Below are positions 39,363-53,205 of a stretch of 64,000 nt of DNA, one piece after another. The notes under the pieces are model-generated. The model was given only the letters and a program-made list of their open reading frames with translations. It made no database searches and was not told where the DNA came from. Both the position numbers and the translations under genes were made by a program. How positions within the stretch are numbered: position 1 is the first letter of the stretch; each line of letters begins with the position of its first letter. The stretch spans positions 4,410,324 to 4,474,323 of the forward strand of contig JAHRHZ010000289.1 of assembly GCA_024137785.1 (NCBI GenBank). The letters run 5' to 3'. Source of the stretch: Ginglymostoma cirratum (taxonomy: Eukaryota).

Positions 39363-40679
39363 CTCATCTCCTGGACTTAACTTATGTACTTACCCTTTGA
39401 CAGGACCTGGCAAAGTATCTGTCTGTGCTGCTGGACAAGTAGATCATAGAATATGGCAACTACAGCCATGAAAAAGGAGCTGCAATTTGATTACAAGCCA
39501 CCAAACCCCTGATTTTCCGGCACATAAACAGCCCTGTTAAACTTAAGGTATGCTCCAAAAATCTGAAGGAGCCATAATCAGAATTTCTGGCTAGAAAAGA
39601 AGAGCCTTAAAGGGAAAAAGCGGGAGTGGAGTGGCAATGCGACTGTCAATCTGCTACTCCTTGGAAAATCCAGACCGATTGTGATTTGTAAAAGTCCGTC
39701 AACTAAATACATAATCTTAAATCACTTACAGTAATGTCTTGCAGAGTATATTGCATGCAAGTCAGTTGGGCAGACAATGACTTGATGCTTCCAATACCAG
39801 TTTCACCTTAGATTAACATTTAGGAATTGTGGTGAAAACAATTATGCTCCCAACACAGTTTCATTTTAATATAACAATTATGTGCTATGCTCAAAGCAAA
39901 ACATGCTGCTTATTTACGCAAACTTTTATATGATTTTAATAAGAAAGTACGTAATATATAGAAATTTTAGACAACTTCCCCACTCATTGGGAACAAGGCA
40001 AGGTTACTAAACTGAAACTTATAAAAATCTAAAAATAATTGTTTCAATTGGTATGTGCTCATTGGCAGAACTAAAGCATGACAGAGGTTGCAAAAACAGG
40101 GATATGGCTTGAAATTCAGAGTTAAAGGCAAAGGAAAAGAAAACCTCAAAGTGCTGTTCTAATTCTCAACATGTTTTACTGAATAAAATATCTGGTGTGA
40201 TTCCTATGAGCTGAGACACCATATGATCTCAGATCCTTACAGAGACTCCAGACAAAAGCTCAAATAACGAAGTCCTCAACTTTGATCAGCTATTGCTGAC
40301 TTTCCCAAAATCATATTGAATTGGATGGCTGAGAATGTTACACCATTGTTGCCAATGGCCTTTGCTAGAGAAAAGCAGATAGCTAAAAGAATAAAGGATG
40401 GTAATTTTACTCGATGGAAACACAGAATGTTACTCGACAGAATTCTGACACTGATGTGGTACACTTGCAAGCAAGCTGCACCAATATTTCTTTTTTGTCT
40501 AGATTGTGGGTCATAAGTTAAAAGTCTTGGTCTCAGCTGTGACAAAGTGGGTGGACTTAAGTAATCGGCTTGTAATACAGGCATGTTGGGTACAGGACTT
40601 ACCTGCAGTTGCTAGACAACTCAAACCACCTCATCTTTCCAATTATTGGAGATGTTAATTTTATTGCTGGAATACTTAC

Positions 40680-41240
40680 CAAGCATTTGGACCTCTTGTG
40701 TAATTCCATAAATGTCAATCAATGCCCAGAGTGGTCCTGAAACGTTAATACCACACTGGAAAAGAACAGGGTCTTCATCGTTCACATTGTAAAATACTCG
40801 TCCGTGCCTGTCCACCCAAAAAGCAAGGACGTTGTCTTTCAGAGCAAACCTTTCAGGTAATGCTTTGGCCCAGTAACCAGGCCTGGTTACCAAATCAGGG
40901 CAGGCATACTTTGGGATATCTGCAGAGCTCATCTGAGAGGGATCATGACTTGTAAAACCAAACCGTAAAGCACCACTCCATCCGTGAAGTACCACTGATA
41001 ACCGTAATCGCACTTTTTCATAAAGGTGAACTGGGCGGTTGCTGAACGTTACACCATTACAGAAACTGTTCTTCCGAGTGGCTTTTCTGAAATGTGAGTC
41101 CAGACGAACATTTTTCCCTTTGGCCTGCGAATGAAATCTAGGAGGTTCAGCAATGTTTGGATGTGCTCTCCGTTCATGACCATTAGTTGGAACGGTGTAG
41201 TACTGACGAGCAGATCCAGAGCGAGTCTGGTGAGCTGCAT
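40680..41240 (-). CDS. neurl1b: neurl1b coding exon 2, first neuralized homology repeat (NHR1)
   Basis: TTTACAG| acceptor and G|GTAAGT donor; 561 nt, open. Encodes PRFHSQAKGKNVRLD...NSFCNGVTFSNRPV...GWSGALRFGFTSHDP...PKYACPDLVTRPGYWAKALPE...LWALIDIYGIT, the NHR signature. Confidence 0.97.
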
Positions 41241-43883
41241 CTGTAAAGTTAAAATTGAATAGTGTTAAAAAGGCTGTCAGATTTTACTTCAATGTAATGG
41301 ATGTATTCTATCATGACAGTAAATTGTTTATCAATAGTAGTTTCTATGAAACTGAACATTGTATCGAGTTTGACAATGTTAATCCATTTCAAATTTGTTT
41401 TATCACTGTTGATTCTTAAATATTTGCTACCTGGTCTTTGATACCTTCATAATTCCTCTCCCAGCACAAGTGTAGGATGATGAATGTCTCCATGTCTTCA
41501 TTGAATATTGATGCTGTTCTACAACTATTCTGTGTGTACTACTATTCAAACTTGAAGTAGTTAGTAACACCATTTTCCATAAAAATTATATAAGCTGGTT
41601 TGCTGTCATGCTTAAAAATTGCTTGGCCAATACAGGCAGGGAGTTCCTCTGAATATTTAACAGCTCTGGCACTCAAGCCCTTGATTAATAGCCGAACACC
41701 AGATCTTCAAGCTCACCTTACTGAATGGCTCATTTTAGAAAGAACTATTTTGTTTGTCAAATGTCTCATGTAAATTGCTCTTGGCTCAGAATGAAGAGAT
41801 TTCTATCTACTGCGACGACTGCAATGGATAAGTTAACAACATAAACAGATCAGACCTGTGCTTAGAATTGTCAAGGTATTGACCACCTGAATAAAACTAG
41901 GCACTGAATGCTAAATGTTGAAACATGTCTGCATCGTATTTTTAAGGAAAAAGTGACAATCATTTTGTTTTACTTAGTTAACAGCTGCAATGACAATCAT
42001 AACAAATTGTTTAATACTTGTGTTTTCTGCCTTATCCATCAGATACTTACGAAGTCAAACAACAGTAGAAAGATTTAAAAGTATGACATATTTAAGGAAT
42101 TTAATAACAAGATTAGGAATTCTCACAAAGCACATGCCCAAACCTGGGTCAATTTGAAAAATGCCAAATGGGAGACAAGCTTCATTTTCTTACACATTCA
42201 CAAACATCAATGACTTGTGCATTAAACAGACTGTTTACTGGAGAATCTCCAGAATTGTTAAAATACAAATTATACTGTACAAATTATAATTCTAAAATAG
42301 GCTACTATCACAGCATCCTCAGTGCCGATTTACTGCAATGCTTCAGATAATATTGGAAGTTCTACTCTCCTTGTTTTTGGCCCTTTATGGGTTACTACAG
42401 ACATCCAAAGTAGAGAGTCACCCTGAAAAACAACGCTTGAGACAGTCAGAAGGGATGGATTTCACTGTAAACGAATCATTATTTGGGTGATTTGAATATG
42501 CCAAATAGACAATGGATAAAGATACTTCAGATGTAAAATTAAATTTGAAATCAGTATAAGACTGAGGGAGTCCGATTTGGGATGAGGAACAGAATGGCTA
42601 ATCCTAATCTGAACAGACTTTATCATCCTCTAATATACCATGTACAAAAATAAATACACCTCATTTGCATAAGTGAGCTCTGCACGGTAAAAAAAGTAAG
42701 AATTCATCAGCCAGACACCTATCGTAAAATAATTAAGGTATCAATCTTTACAGAAATTTCTTAACATTTTCAATATGCCTTCTTCTAAATTCCACATGCA
42801 GCGAATCTTTAGAATTCTCTACCCTAATGGGCTGTGGAAGCTCAGACTAAGATTGATACATATTTGCGAAGTAGAAATATGGAATTTGGAGATTGTGCGG
42901 GAAATGGTGTCGAAGTGGAAGATCCACCATGATCCCCTTGAATAGCAGAGTGCACTCAAAAGTCTGAATAGCCTACTGCTGCTCCCCTTTATGTTCTTGC
43001 ACATATTTTAGAAGTCAATAAAGTGGTGAGCAACATTAAAAATAATTCTTTATGCAATTTTCAGAAATCAAACTTTAGTCAACTGTTAAATGAAAAATCT
43101 AACTAGTACAGATTTAGAAATTTGAGAGCAACAATAAAGAATACAAAAAAAACATAGCATGTCAGCTTTCACTGAGCATTGAAGATCTAATATCTTTACT
43201 CGAGATTGGTCAGAAGCCTCAGCAAGTGACCAATTTGATGACTAATATTTCATGGGATTCCTTTCAGGCACTGACTTACTCATAAATAACATTATTTAAA
43301 ACAGCACTCAGATAGAGGTGCTCAGATCTTTGGAATGTATGCACCAAATTGATTTGCTTGTGAGAAGCGAACCACCAAACAGGAATTTCCAAATTTAAGC
43401 ACCTCATATCCTATGAAGGACAAGGCATGCAGCCTGGGGAAACTTCTGTAACATATTGAGATCAATATCATATTGCTTGCACTTCCAACCTTCCTTCCTG
43501 CAGATTCCCGATTAAGGGAAAGATGATGAAGAGGAAGATAAAGGCAGGAAAGCTGAAACCACAGAGGCAGCAGTGCAAACAGATGAGAGCGGTTATGAGT
43601 CCTTGTGGATTAGGTGATAAAGTTCCTTCATTGCTTCTTTGAAGAAGCAAATGCACCTTTGCACAAAGCTCCTCTGTAATATTCTCAATTGATCTGTTTG
43701 GCTGTAGAGTCAAAGGTTGGAGGTTGAGTATCTGGTGGACTGCTTCCTCTTTAAATGCTGCCTGACTATCCTTTGCCCCATTCTCTACTTCTCCTGCTCC
43801 ATGTTATTGCTCACAAGTGTATTCCCACCATACATCCTCAGGAGAAGCACTTACCCGACGTAGGAGGGTGGGTAAAACTGCCA

Positions 43884-44120
43884 CAAACGAAAACAGAAGT
43901 TGCTGGAAAAGCTCAGCAGATCTGGCAGCTTTTGTGAAGATAAATCAGAGTTAACATTTTGGGTTTGGTGACCCTCAGAACAGTTCTGCGATGGGGTCAC
44001 CAGACCCAAAGCATCAACTCTGATTTCTCTTCGCAGATGCTGCCTGACCTGCTGTGTTTGGCCAGTAATTTCTGTTTTTGTTTACGATTTACAGCATCTG
44101 CAGTTTTTTGGTTTTTATTA
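43884..44120. mobile_element. Penelope-derived fold-back mini-element with 13-bp TSD
   Basis: TSD ggtaaaactgcca at 43871-43883 and 44121-44133. Inverted arms of about 95 bp are centred on cagaacagttctg. Confidence 0.85.
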
Positions 44121-47100
44121 GGTAAAACTGCCAGTTTGTTTTCATCCTTTCCGAAGCAGTAAGAAGGTCCAGGTGTGCATGGATAGATAGTTTTTGCTCC
44201 AGCTTTTAAAAAAAATACCATTTTCAGGAATCACTTATTAAACTCTTCAGGCTTAGATGTTCCTCATTTCTATCTGCATCAGGAGATTCTGGTAAGACCT
44301 GTGTCGTATAAATCTGAATTTAAGTTACAACAAATGCAGTAAAAACATAATGCAGCCAAGATGGAGATGCAGCACGATTGACCATTTATTTCAATCTATT
44401 TGCTGTGCTTTATGATTATGAGCCAAAGGAGCCTAAGTAAACCATACATCCCCTTGAAGCATTCAATAAGATCTTGACTGATCTCATCTTGGCCACAACT
44501 CCGCCTCCTGTCCAAATCCCATATCCCTCAACACCCCTGTAGATAAAAAAAACTGTCCAACTGTGATGCAGCCCAGAGCACGCTGAATGAGTTTGCTTGC
44601 TGCACTGCATAATTCCTCTAAGACTGCCACATGTCTGTGCATGCGTGCATTTTAAGAGGAATTTTCCTTTGTATAGGTTATTTGCAGCTGATGCAACCTT
44701 TTCCCAATTGCCTCACATCCACACAGATTAGAAGGAATAATCTCAGATCTTGACTGGTAATAAGGCAAGGCTCAAAAAATGCAAGTGATTTAAAGGTGGA
44801 TAACTGGCAGAAACCATTTCTTGATTTCACTGCCACCAATAACAATGGGGACCAAAAGGTGGAAGAATTCACCTTTGATATATTTATTTTTAGGAGAAAG
44901 GTTATTTTGCAATTCAACCCCAGGCGGCACTGCACCCAAGTATGACATAATTACAAGTAAATACAGCAAAAAAAAAAGACCCATTTATGGTGTCAGTTGT
45001 ATTATGTTACAAACGCTTTGAAGAGAGTTTACATCTCCCCAAAACCTGTATCATTTTTCACATTCTGGGAAAGTTTATGAAGCTATTATAACTTATATAT
45101 AACATTATAACCTGCAGGATTTACAGACTGTAGAGCTGTCACATTGGTTAAAGAAGTTATAAGTCACTGTCCTAGCCAGAGATTCTATAAAGTAAATTGC
45201 CCATTTATTGCATGTGGTACATTAGCTTATTGTATAGTGATAAACTGCCACTGTTATAATGTAATTTGGACCAAGGTGATTGCTGATAACAAATATCTGT
45301 TTGGAGTGTGCAGATGCTTATGACACCTTCTTTGACATTCATGAAGCAGCTCATTTGGTTTTTAAAACTCCATATCACAAAAGCTTATACCAAAAATTTT
45401 AAAAAATAACATTGTTCATCTATTTTGCTAAAAGTATGTTCTTTGTAAGTTAACACGGACAAAACACACACATTCCAAAGTAATGGAAAATAAGGTGAGG
45501 AAGAATATGATTGAATGCAATTTTTAAAAAAGGTTCTGGCACAAGTCCAGGGAACATTTTGATTTGGAAATCAATCATTAATTGTGGACCAGATGCATAA
45601 AATATGAAAAGGATGTTAGCATTATAGTCAAGGTTATCATCATCCTATAATTTTAACTGCAGTACACCAGTGCATAATTTTCTACAACTTGTCTTTTTTT
45701 AAGCAAGTGTTAGGATCTCCTCAAAGTTACTGACATCCATTAGTTTAACAATGAAGCAGCTGACAAATGTATAGAATTATTTCTGGAATTGCAGGGAATT
45801 TGCGCACCTATTCATAAATAAATGGCCCTGTGAAATAGACACTTGACCATTTATTTTGTGCTAAAAACTATATTACATTACTTTGCTAGTTTTCTATTAG
45901 AAATAGATTAAAACTTTTTTTAAACTTAAAAAAAGGATTACCATAAAAGAAAACATTGTTACGTATACTCAGCTTGTTCTTATAAATGACTGCAAATGTC
46001 AATAAAGAATTTGTTCCGTTTTTTCCATCTAAAAAAAAGCTTTGACAATCATTTGCTTCCTTTATAAACTGCTGATATATTTACCAAGGTCATTGCAAAC
46101 AAGTTATTCAATTCAATGAAATAATCCATTTCCAATAAGTTTTGAAGGCTTTTTGAGTATGGTATCTCTGCAATCCCATGGCTATATTAACCCAAACAGT
46201 GAACCATGTTGCTATGAACAGTTAGCAGCACGATAACACACAATGTGCATTCACAGACTCCAACTGCGAATCGACAACATTTGACCAGAATTATCTTAGA
46301 CTGATTAAAAGAATAGTTCAGTTCAAGTGGTAAACCACTGTATAGAGCAGAAATACTTTGTAATTGGGTTGGGATGCGAACAGTATCACGATCAGACTCT
46401 TTACTCAAAGCAACTGTTCTTTATTTTGACTATTGGAAGTTCTGTGTAATGTAAACAGATGGTGGCTCAAGTGCTCTTCCTAAGAAGATTACAATTTAAA
46501 GGACATAACATGATTGTTAGTTTTCATTTGTTCATGTTCCACTGTACATTAAAATACACACAATATTCTTATGGGATGAACAGAGTGGATGGGGAGATAA
46601 TTACTCTTTATGCACTCATAATCCATGGAGATTACAGGGGCTTTATTGACAATTGTCCTCCTGGGATTTTCTGAAACAGAAAACATTTCTCAAATTCTTT
46701 TTAAAAATAACCTTCCATTTTTCATCTACAGTGATTACAAAAGTGACTCAATACTCCAGGCTCACCACAACTGAAACCTTTTGATATTACACAACTCTAT
46801 TGCTTTGTCTTTTATAACTCAACAAATAAAATCACTTTGTATTGTAGGGTTTATCTTCAGATAACCTTTCTATATTGAGCAGGTAAACTTTAACAACTAC
46901 AGTAAAAGAACAATTCCTTTCAAAGCACCAGATAGCTGCAGCTATTTGAGTGCAGTTAATTTTTAATGGTAATGTATAAAACCAATATTGATATAATATA
47001 GCTTCTCCTGGAAAAAGAACACAAAATATGAGTTAGTTAGGCCTGGACATCTTGAAACTGCATCGCTGCAGAAAGCATCAGAGCTGCACTTCCCTACTCA

Positions 47101-48481
47101 CAGTTTCACTTGTTTCCTTGACAGCACACGGTATGATGACATAAGTGCTACATTAAAACATCTGTCACTACTTTTCATCTGGTACAATCTCTTCCTCAAA
47201 ATTGACATAAATGTTAAAAAACGAAATAATTGTTTGCTTAAAGATAATGCAAATCTTTTGCAAATTAACACCAAAATTTTCTGCTCAGCACTCCTGACAT
47301 GTTGGGGAATATTGGAAAATTTCACATCCCCAGCATATGATTTTCCAATTATGGGAATAGATGGTTGGAAAAGCATGGGCTGTGGATACACATATTTTCA
47401 ATATACAAAGTCTGACAGGAGCATGGAGGTGAAAATCAAAGCCACTAATATATAATTTAAGAATACTGTTCTGCAAAGATAGACTGGAGCACTGTTGTTC
47501 CTGCCTGGGGCCTGCCATCCTGAAGCTGTACTCTTAGAGAACTAATTTGTAGATTAAATAAAAACGTTCGTGATTTTCACTTGATCAGAAGAGAAGTCAT
47601 TAGATTCTCTTTGTTTTATTGGAAAATCTGATTGAATTAGATAAAAGATCTGTTGTTCACCACAGAAACATCTAAATTCTAAACTGTACACAGCAATCTT
47701 TGGATTATATAATTATGTATGGTATGGAACATTTAGAAAAATTTTCTTTTGCATCATAAATATTAGTAGAAAGATTAATATTTATGAAAAAGTATAATGG
47801 TAAAAATGAACAAAACTGAACAAATCACAGCACATGCATCATTTGAATGCAAAGATCCTGTAGATTGGTGAGTTGTCGTATGTGAAATACATTGGAAGGA
47901 TTTTTTTTTGCTGGGGCTTTACCTTATTCTAGGTCTCCTTTCTAATTTTATGTATCACTCTCCTTTCAGTAGGTTTCAAAATGGGAAACAGTAGTCAGTC
48001 AGTCTGCCAGTAATAAGCCAATAGCTAGTATTTAGAAATCAATTTTAAAAGTTACTTTGCTGGTTGGAATGGCATGAGTAAAATATTAACATATGTAGCT
48101 TGATAGCCACTAGAAACATTTAGTTGTTGAGTTACTTGTGATCAGATGTAAAGCACAAATATATGGAAAATATGTAAAAGGTACTAGGAACATTTCTTTG
48201 ACTAATAAGGTTCAAACAATATTCACTCTTGGATTGTTACTCTGCTTCAAACAATAACTTGATTCATGTGGTATTTCTTGGATAAAATTGCAGTTTAGCT
48301 TATAGATTTAATTTTGGTTTCTCAAGGAGCACATGGGTGATATGTCGCTGTAAAAGATCAGAGAAAAGTAAACAGGAATACATCCATTTCACTAACTAGT
48401 ACAAGAGTTACAAGTATACTTTGTTGAAAGTAATTCCTTGTGAACTTGGTCTAATTCTCTCCAAGTATTGGATTAAATCAT

Positions 48482-49051
48482 GAGATAACAAGGTGTGGAG
48501 CTGGATGAACACAGCAGGCCAAGCAGCATCAGAGGAGCAGGAGGATCAGAGGAGCGATGCTGCTTGGCCTGCTGTGTTCATCCAGCCCCACACCTTGTTN
48601 NNNNNNNNNNNNNNNNNNNNNNNNNNNNNNNNNNNNNNNNNNNNNNNNNNNNNNNNNNNNNNNNNNNNNNNNNNNNNNNNNNNNNNNNNNNNNNNNNNNN
48701 NNNNNNNNNNNNNNNNNNNNNNNNNNNNNNNNNNNNNNNNNNNNNNNNNNNNNNNNNNNNNNNNNNNNNNNNNNNNNNNNNNNNNNNNNNNNNNNNNNNN
48801 NNNNNNNNNNNNNNNNNNNNNNNNNNNNNNNNNNNNNNNNNNNNNNNNNNNNNNNNNNNNNNNNNNNNNNNNNNNNNNNNNNNNNNNNNNNNNNNNNNNN
48901 NNNNNNNNNNNNNNNNNNNNNNNNNNNNNNNNNNNNNNNNNNNNNNNNNNNNNNNNNNNNNNNNNNNNNNNNNNNNNNNNNNNNNNNNNNNNNNNNNNNA
49001 CCTTGTTATCTTAGATTCTCCAGCATCTGCAGTTCCTACTATCTCTATAAC
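48482..49051. mobile_element. Penelope-derived fold-back element spanning a 400-N gap (48600-48999)
   Basis: Near-perfect inverted arms at 48488-48599. TSD ttggattaaatcat at 48468-48481 and 49056-49069. Same tail as 35655-35739. Confidence 0.8.
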
Positions 49052-49659
49052 AGTCTTGGATTAAATCATATCTTGTTCACAGTGAGACAATATGAACTAT
49101 TTCATCTGCAAATTAACTTTGAGCAAATGGTTTCAGCTTGCACACAGTGGTCTACAGTGTGGTTACGATGTCTTTTGAGGCAATAAGAGAAGGTTGTAAC
49201 ATCCGAGCAAGACACCGAATACAATTTGAGTTAATTGTTAGAAGTGGGCTTTGCCCATGGCAGATGTTACAGTTTTCCGATACGTAATCAGAAATGTTAT
49301 TATTTAGGGTGACTGTAATCTAGACATGAACAGACAGTAGGGAAAAGCTCAAAATGAAACAAGGTATAATCATGGTTTTGGTTAGAATGCAAATTCATCG
49401 GGCTCCTTACCAAATTTTACTCAAATAACAAGTTGTTCGATGATCATTTTTGCGTCACATTAATCTCCTCAAACTGTACCATAATCAACCTCTCATTCGG
49501 TCACTTTTCAATAATTAAGGAGGATGCTAGATTGTCAGGTCCCAGGATTTTTCAGGGAATTCTCTGTTATTTATAGAAAGTGCACATGGGTGCTCCAAAT
49601 GAGTTCTCCTTCCAATGAAAGAAAACTGCTTAAAACTGGCTAAAAAGGTTAAAACTGTA

Positions 49660-50200
49660 AATAACAACAACTTGTATTTATATAAGCAGCTCTAATGTAG
49701 TAAAACATTCCAAGCTTCTTCACAGAAGCATTATAATATAAAGTATGACACCAAAACATAAAAGGAGATTTTCAGGCAAAAGATAGGCTTTAAAAGAGCT
49801 CTTAGAGGAGAGAAGTGAAATTGAAAGGCTTTGGGAGGGAATTCCAGACGTTCAGGTCAGGCAGCTGAAGCAAGCTATGATACAGAGATTAAAATCCAGT
49901 AATCTCAAGAGACTGGAATTATAGAAGTGCAGAGATCACAGAGGACTTTAAGGCTGGGTGAGATCACAAAGACCGGGAGGGGCAAGCTTGTGGGAGAGGG
50001 CGGTTGGGGTTTAAAACAAGATTCAGAGTTTTAAAACCGACAAGCAATTTATCTAGTGTGGATAAGCAAGCATATGGGTGGTGGGTGAGCAGCATTTACT
50101 GTAAACCAGGACACGGGCAGCGGAGTTTTGGCTGACCTCTAGTTTGTAATGAATTTGAGAGGTCAGCCAGAAGTGTGTTAAAATTGCAAGGTCTACATGT
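49660..50200 (-). mobile_element. L2-like LINE 3' remnant
   Basis: aacaacaacttgtatttatata...cttcacag reversed tail, and ORF 50053-50247 (KLEVSQNSAARVL) typical of the L2 ORF2 C-terminus. Confidence 0.7.
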
Positions 50201-50484
50201 AACAAAAAAAACATACTCGCGTCTTCATTTATAACTAGATTTCCCATAGGTCAACAAGCAGGATGCTTCAAAAGTTTACACTGGTACTGCGGCTTGTGGG
50301 CTCAAGTCCAGTGGTGCCTGGCATGTAAAGCTAATTGCCATGTGATCATTCAGTCTGGTAGCTCTTTTGAGAGTTGTAGAGGCTTCTACACTGTTTGCTT
50401 TGTATGATGGAAGGATGAAAGCGTGAAAGAGCATTAAGCAATTACAGAAAATGGACAGAAGAAACAGAACAAAATAAAAGTCCT

Positions 50485-50580
50485 GAGATAACACGGTGTA
50501 GAGCTGGATGAACACAGCAGGCCAAGCGGCATCAGAGGAGCAGGAAAGCTGACTTTTTGGGTCGAGACCTTCTTCAGAAA
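50485..50580 (-). mobile_element. single-arm Penelope-derived fragment with decayed core
   Basis: Same arm as 48482-48540; the minus strand reads CTGAAGAAGGTCTCGACCCAAAAAGTC. Confidence 0.75.
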
Positions 50581-52911
50581 TAAAACCCTGTCAGGGCAAG
50601 TGTCAGCACTGGAAGCTCAACAGTGGTGGGCTCAGCCTATGTTCACAAATATAAATTTCTATAGGTAAGGATGCCAAATATCATGGGAATTCCGGTTTCA
50701 ATTCTCACATGAAGTTCTGTTAATATAATTTGTTTTCACTAATCTTTTGTCGACATTAACAGCAATTACACTTTTTTAGATGTTGTGTTCAGGCTACTCA
50801 AAATACATGTAATGTACACCTATCTTAATACACCTTTTATTTTTAGTTCTCACTATTTCTTTCCTAAGTAGAAGCCTAAGTTATAACCTTCCTACAAGGT
50901 AATAGCCAGCATTTCTCAAAATAAAACCACAAATGGCAATATTCCACGAGCACCTTTAAATTCCATAGCAGTTTCAAAATAAGTACCATAATCCATCTTC
51001 AAAAGAGAAGGAATGGAGTCACCTCTGGGTTATCAGAGATGCCCTGGTCACAGGAAATAATTAAGCTTCATACATTAAAAAGAAGGTAGGAAACAAATAT
51101 ACTGTTCTGAACCATCTTTGTGAAAACACTTTTATACAGCTGTGCATTTACCTCAGGTCTGCCATTCAAAATCATGCATATTGGTTTGAATATGCTGTGA
51201 ACATTTTTAAATAAAGTTTAGAAAAGTCAGAGAAAGCAAAGTGCACAAGCCTTTCAGTTCTATCTGTATGAGCTTTTGGCTAACAAAATGCTTGAGGAAA
51301 GATGTTTTTATTCCAAAGAAAGCAAAACTTCATTAAGCCTATAATTACCAATTATAAAACAAAAGATTTTATTTTTAAAGGAGTAACTTATTTTCTTCTG
51401 AGCGTGAAACCCATGAAGAATTGTATTAATATTGGATTAGTGGTGTGTTAAAAATGATAATGTCATAAATCATGTTACAAGCCTGCGTTCATTAACTTTA
51501 GAATGGAAGTGATTCTTTGAATTGCTCATTTTGTCATTCTTGATTTCTAAAATAGCTTTTAAAGAATGAGGAAATTCATCCTATTATTGTATTCAATGTA
51601 CTGTCTGACCTACTTATACTGGTTCCCCACATATTTTGATGGTATAATTTTACACAAACAACCAGTTACATTCCAAAACAATACCTATTTTATTGCTCAT
51701 TTTTAAAAAGAAAATTATACTGTGAGCATTTAATCTAAAATTCAGCAGAATATTACCATTTTAAATTCTGCCCATACACAATGGATTAAATCAATTTCAC
51801 CTACTGAAATGGCAGTCTAGAAATCTGACCAAGCCAGTTTACAGCCTCCAAATAGGTGTTGGCCATGATCCTTGAACGTGATGATAGAAGCCCAGGAATT
51901 GCTGGAAATTATTATTTGGGTTGAGACTAAATAGTTGTGACAAGCAGCAGGCTTCTGTTGTACTTCACCAAGAAACTTGACAGATTGACAAATTGGATTT
52001 TGAAGATTCAGATTGTCCCATGAATGCAGTTGCCAACAGGTCTCAGGATTTGGGGTAATAGAAGTTCTATGGAAGCAGGAGGAGACCCCCCTTCCTTTTG
52101 GCTCCACCTTAAACTCTTAAAAATAATGGATGTGATTGGTATCCAAGGGCCAGGCAGCACATTTGAAAACCCTGTGCAGAGCATGTCTGATACTTTTTCA
52201 GCTCAACGCAATCATGTTTTTGAGGACACATGCAAGTGGCTTAAAGTATGTTTCAGGGAACCATTCCGACTGTATGAAAATTGGTCTAACACCCATCTGA
52301 GATCAAAACTATTTTAGGCACCAGTAGTTTAAAACACCAAAACTGAATATACTTAGAATAACTAAAAAGGGAAATTTCAAAATGTAACAGTCATTTTTTT
52401 TTCAGCAGAAAGCTGTACTTCAGCAAGTTGCAACACTACGTGCCACTGATCATTTAGATAACATGTTGGCTCATATACTGTGTTTGGTTTCCGTGTTTCA
52501 GACTACTCTTACATTGTTTGAGAGTTCTGGCCCCTCTGTTCCAAAGTTGTCCTGATACTTTTGTTAATTTCCATGTTCGAAAAACAGAGAACCCACTTCA
52601 CGATTTCTTTTACTGATCTTATCCTATTTATTCATGTAAAATTTGCTGTCTTCAGAAAACAGTAGAGTAACCTACAGAAAATTAGTGGAAATGGTTTGTA
52701 GTAAAATTAATAGTACCCTACCATCTTAACTAATGATAATGACATAAGATAAATAAAGAAACAGTCTTTAAAAAAAATCAGTAAATTGACTGAAACGCAA
52801 GGGGTTCTTTTTTTTAAATACAATTGAAGGAAAATAAACTACTAAAATTGCAATTATCTTTGCAGAAAACAGCAATATTGCATCAATTATATTGGCTTTT
52901 CTTCATCACAT

Positions 52912-53205
52912 ACATAGAAAATCATAGAATCCCTACAGTGTGGAAAAAGGCCCTTCGCCCCAACAAGTCCACACTGAACCTCAGAGCATCCTACCCAGAC
53001 CCACCCCCCTAATCTACACCTCCCTGAACACTACGGGCAATTTAGCATGGCCAATCCACCTAACCTGCACATCTTTGGACTGTGGGAGGAAACCCACACA
53101 GACATGGGGAGAACGTGCAAACACCATACAGATGGTCGCCTGAGGCTGGAATTGAACCTGGATCCCTGCTGCTGTGAGGCAGAAGTGCTAACCACTGTGC
53201 TGCCC
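52912..53205 (-). mobile_element. HE1-like V-SINE
   Basis: Colinear with 2396-2683; translates in the track as AQWLALLPHSSRDPGSIP, a SINE-head artefact. Confidence 0.85.

Noticed and set aside
41049-41240. 63-aa ORF starting with the ATG at the first base of exon 2
   Set aside because: Out of frame with the NHR1 reading frame; the ATG arises from the split Asp codon (G|AT G).
30112-44120. Long hairpins as pre-miRNAs or DNA-transposon MITEs
   Set aside because: The arms match the 3' end of the RT-bearing Penelope remnant, the ends are asymmetric, and TSDs are long and variable, which fits retro-insertion.
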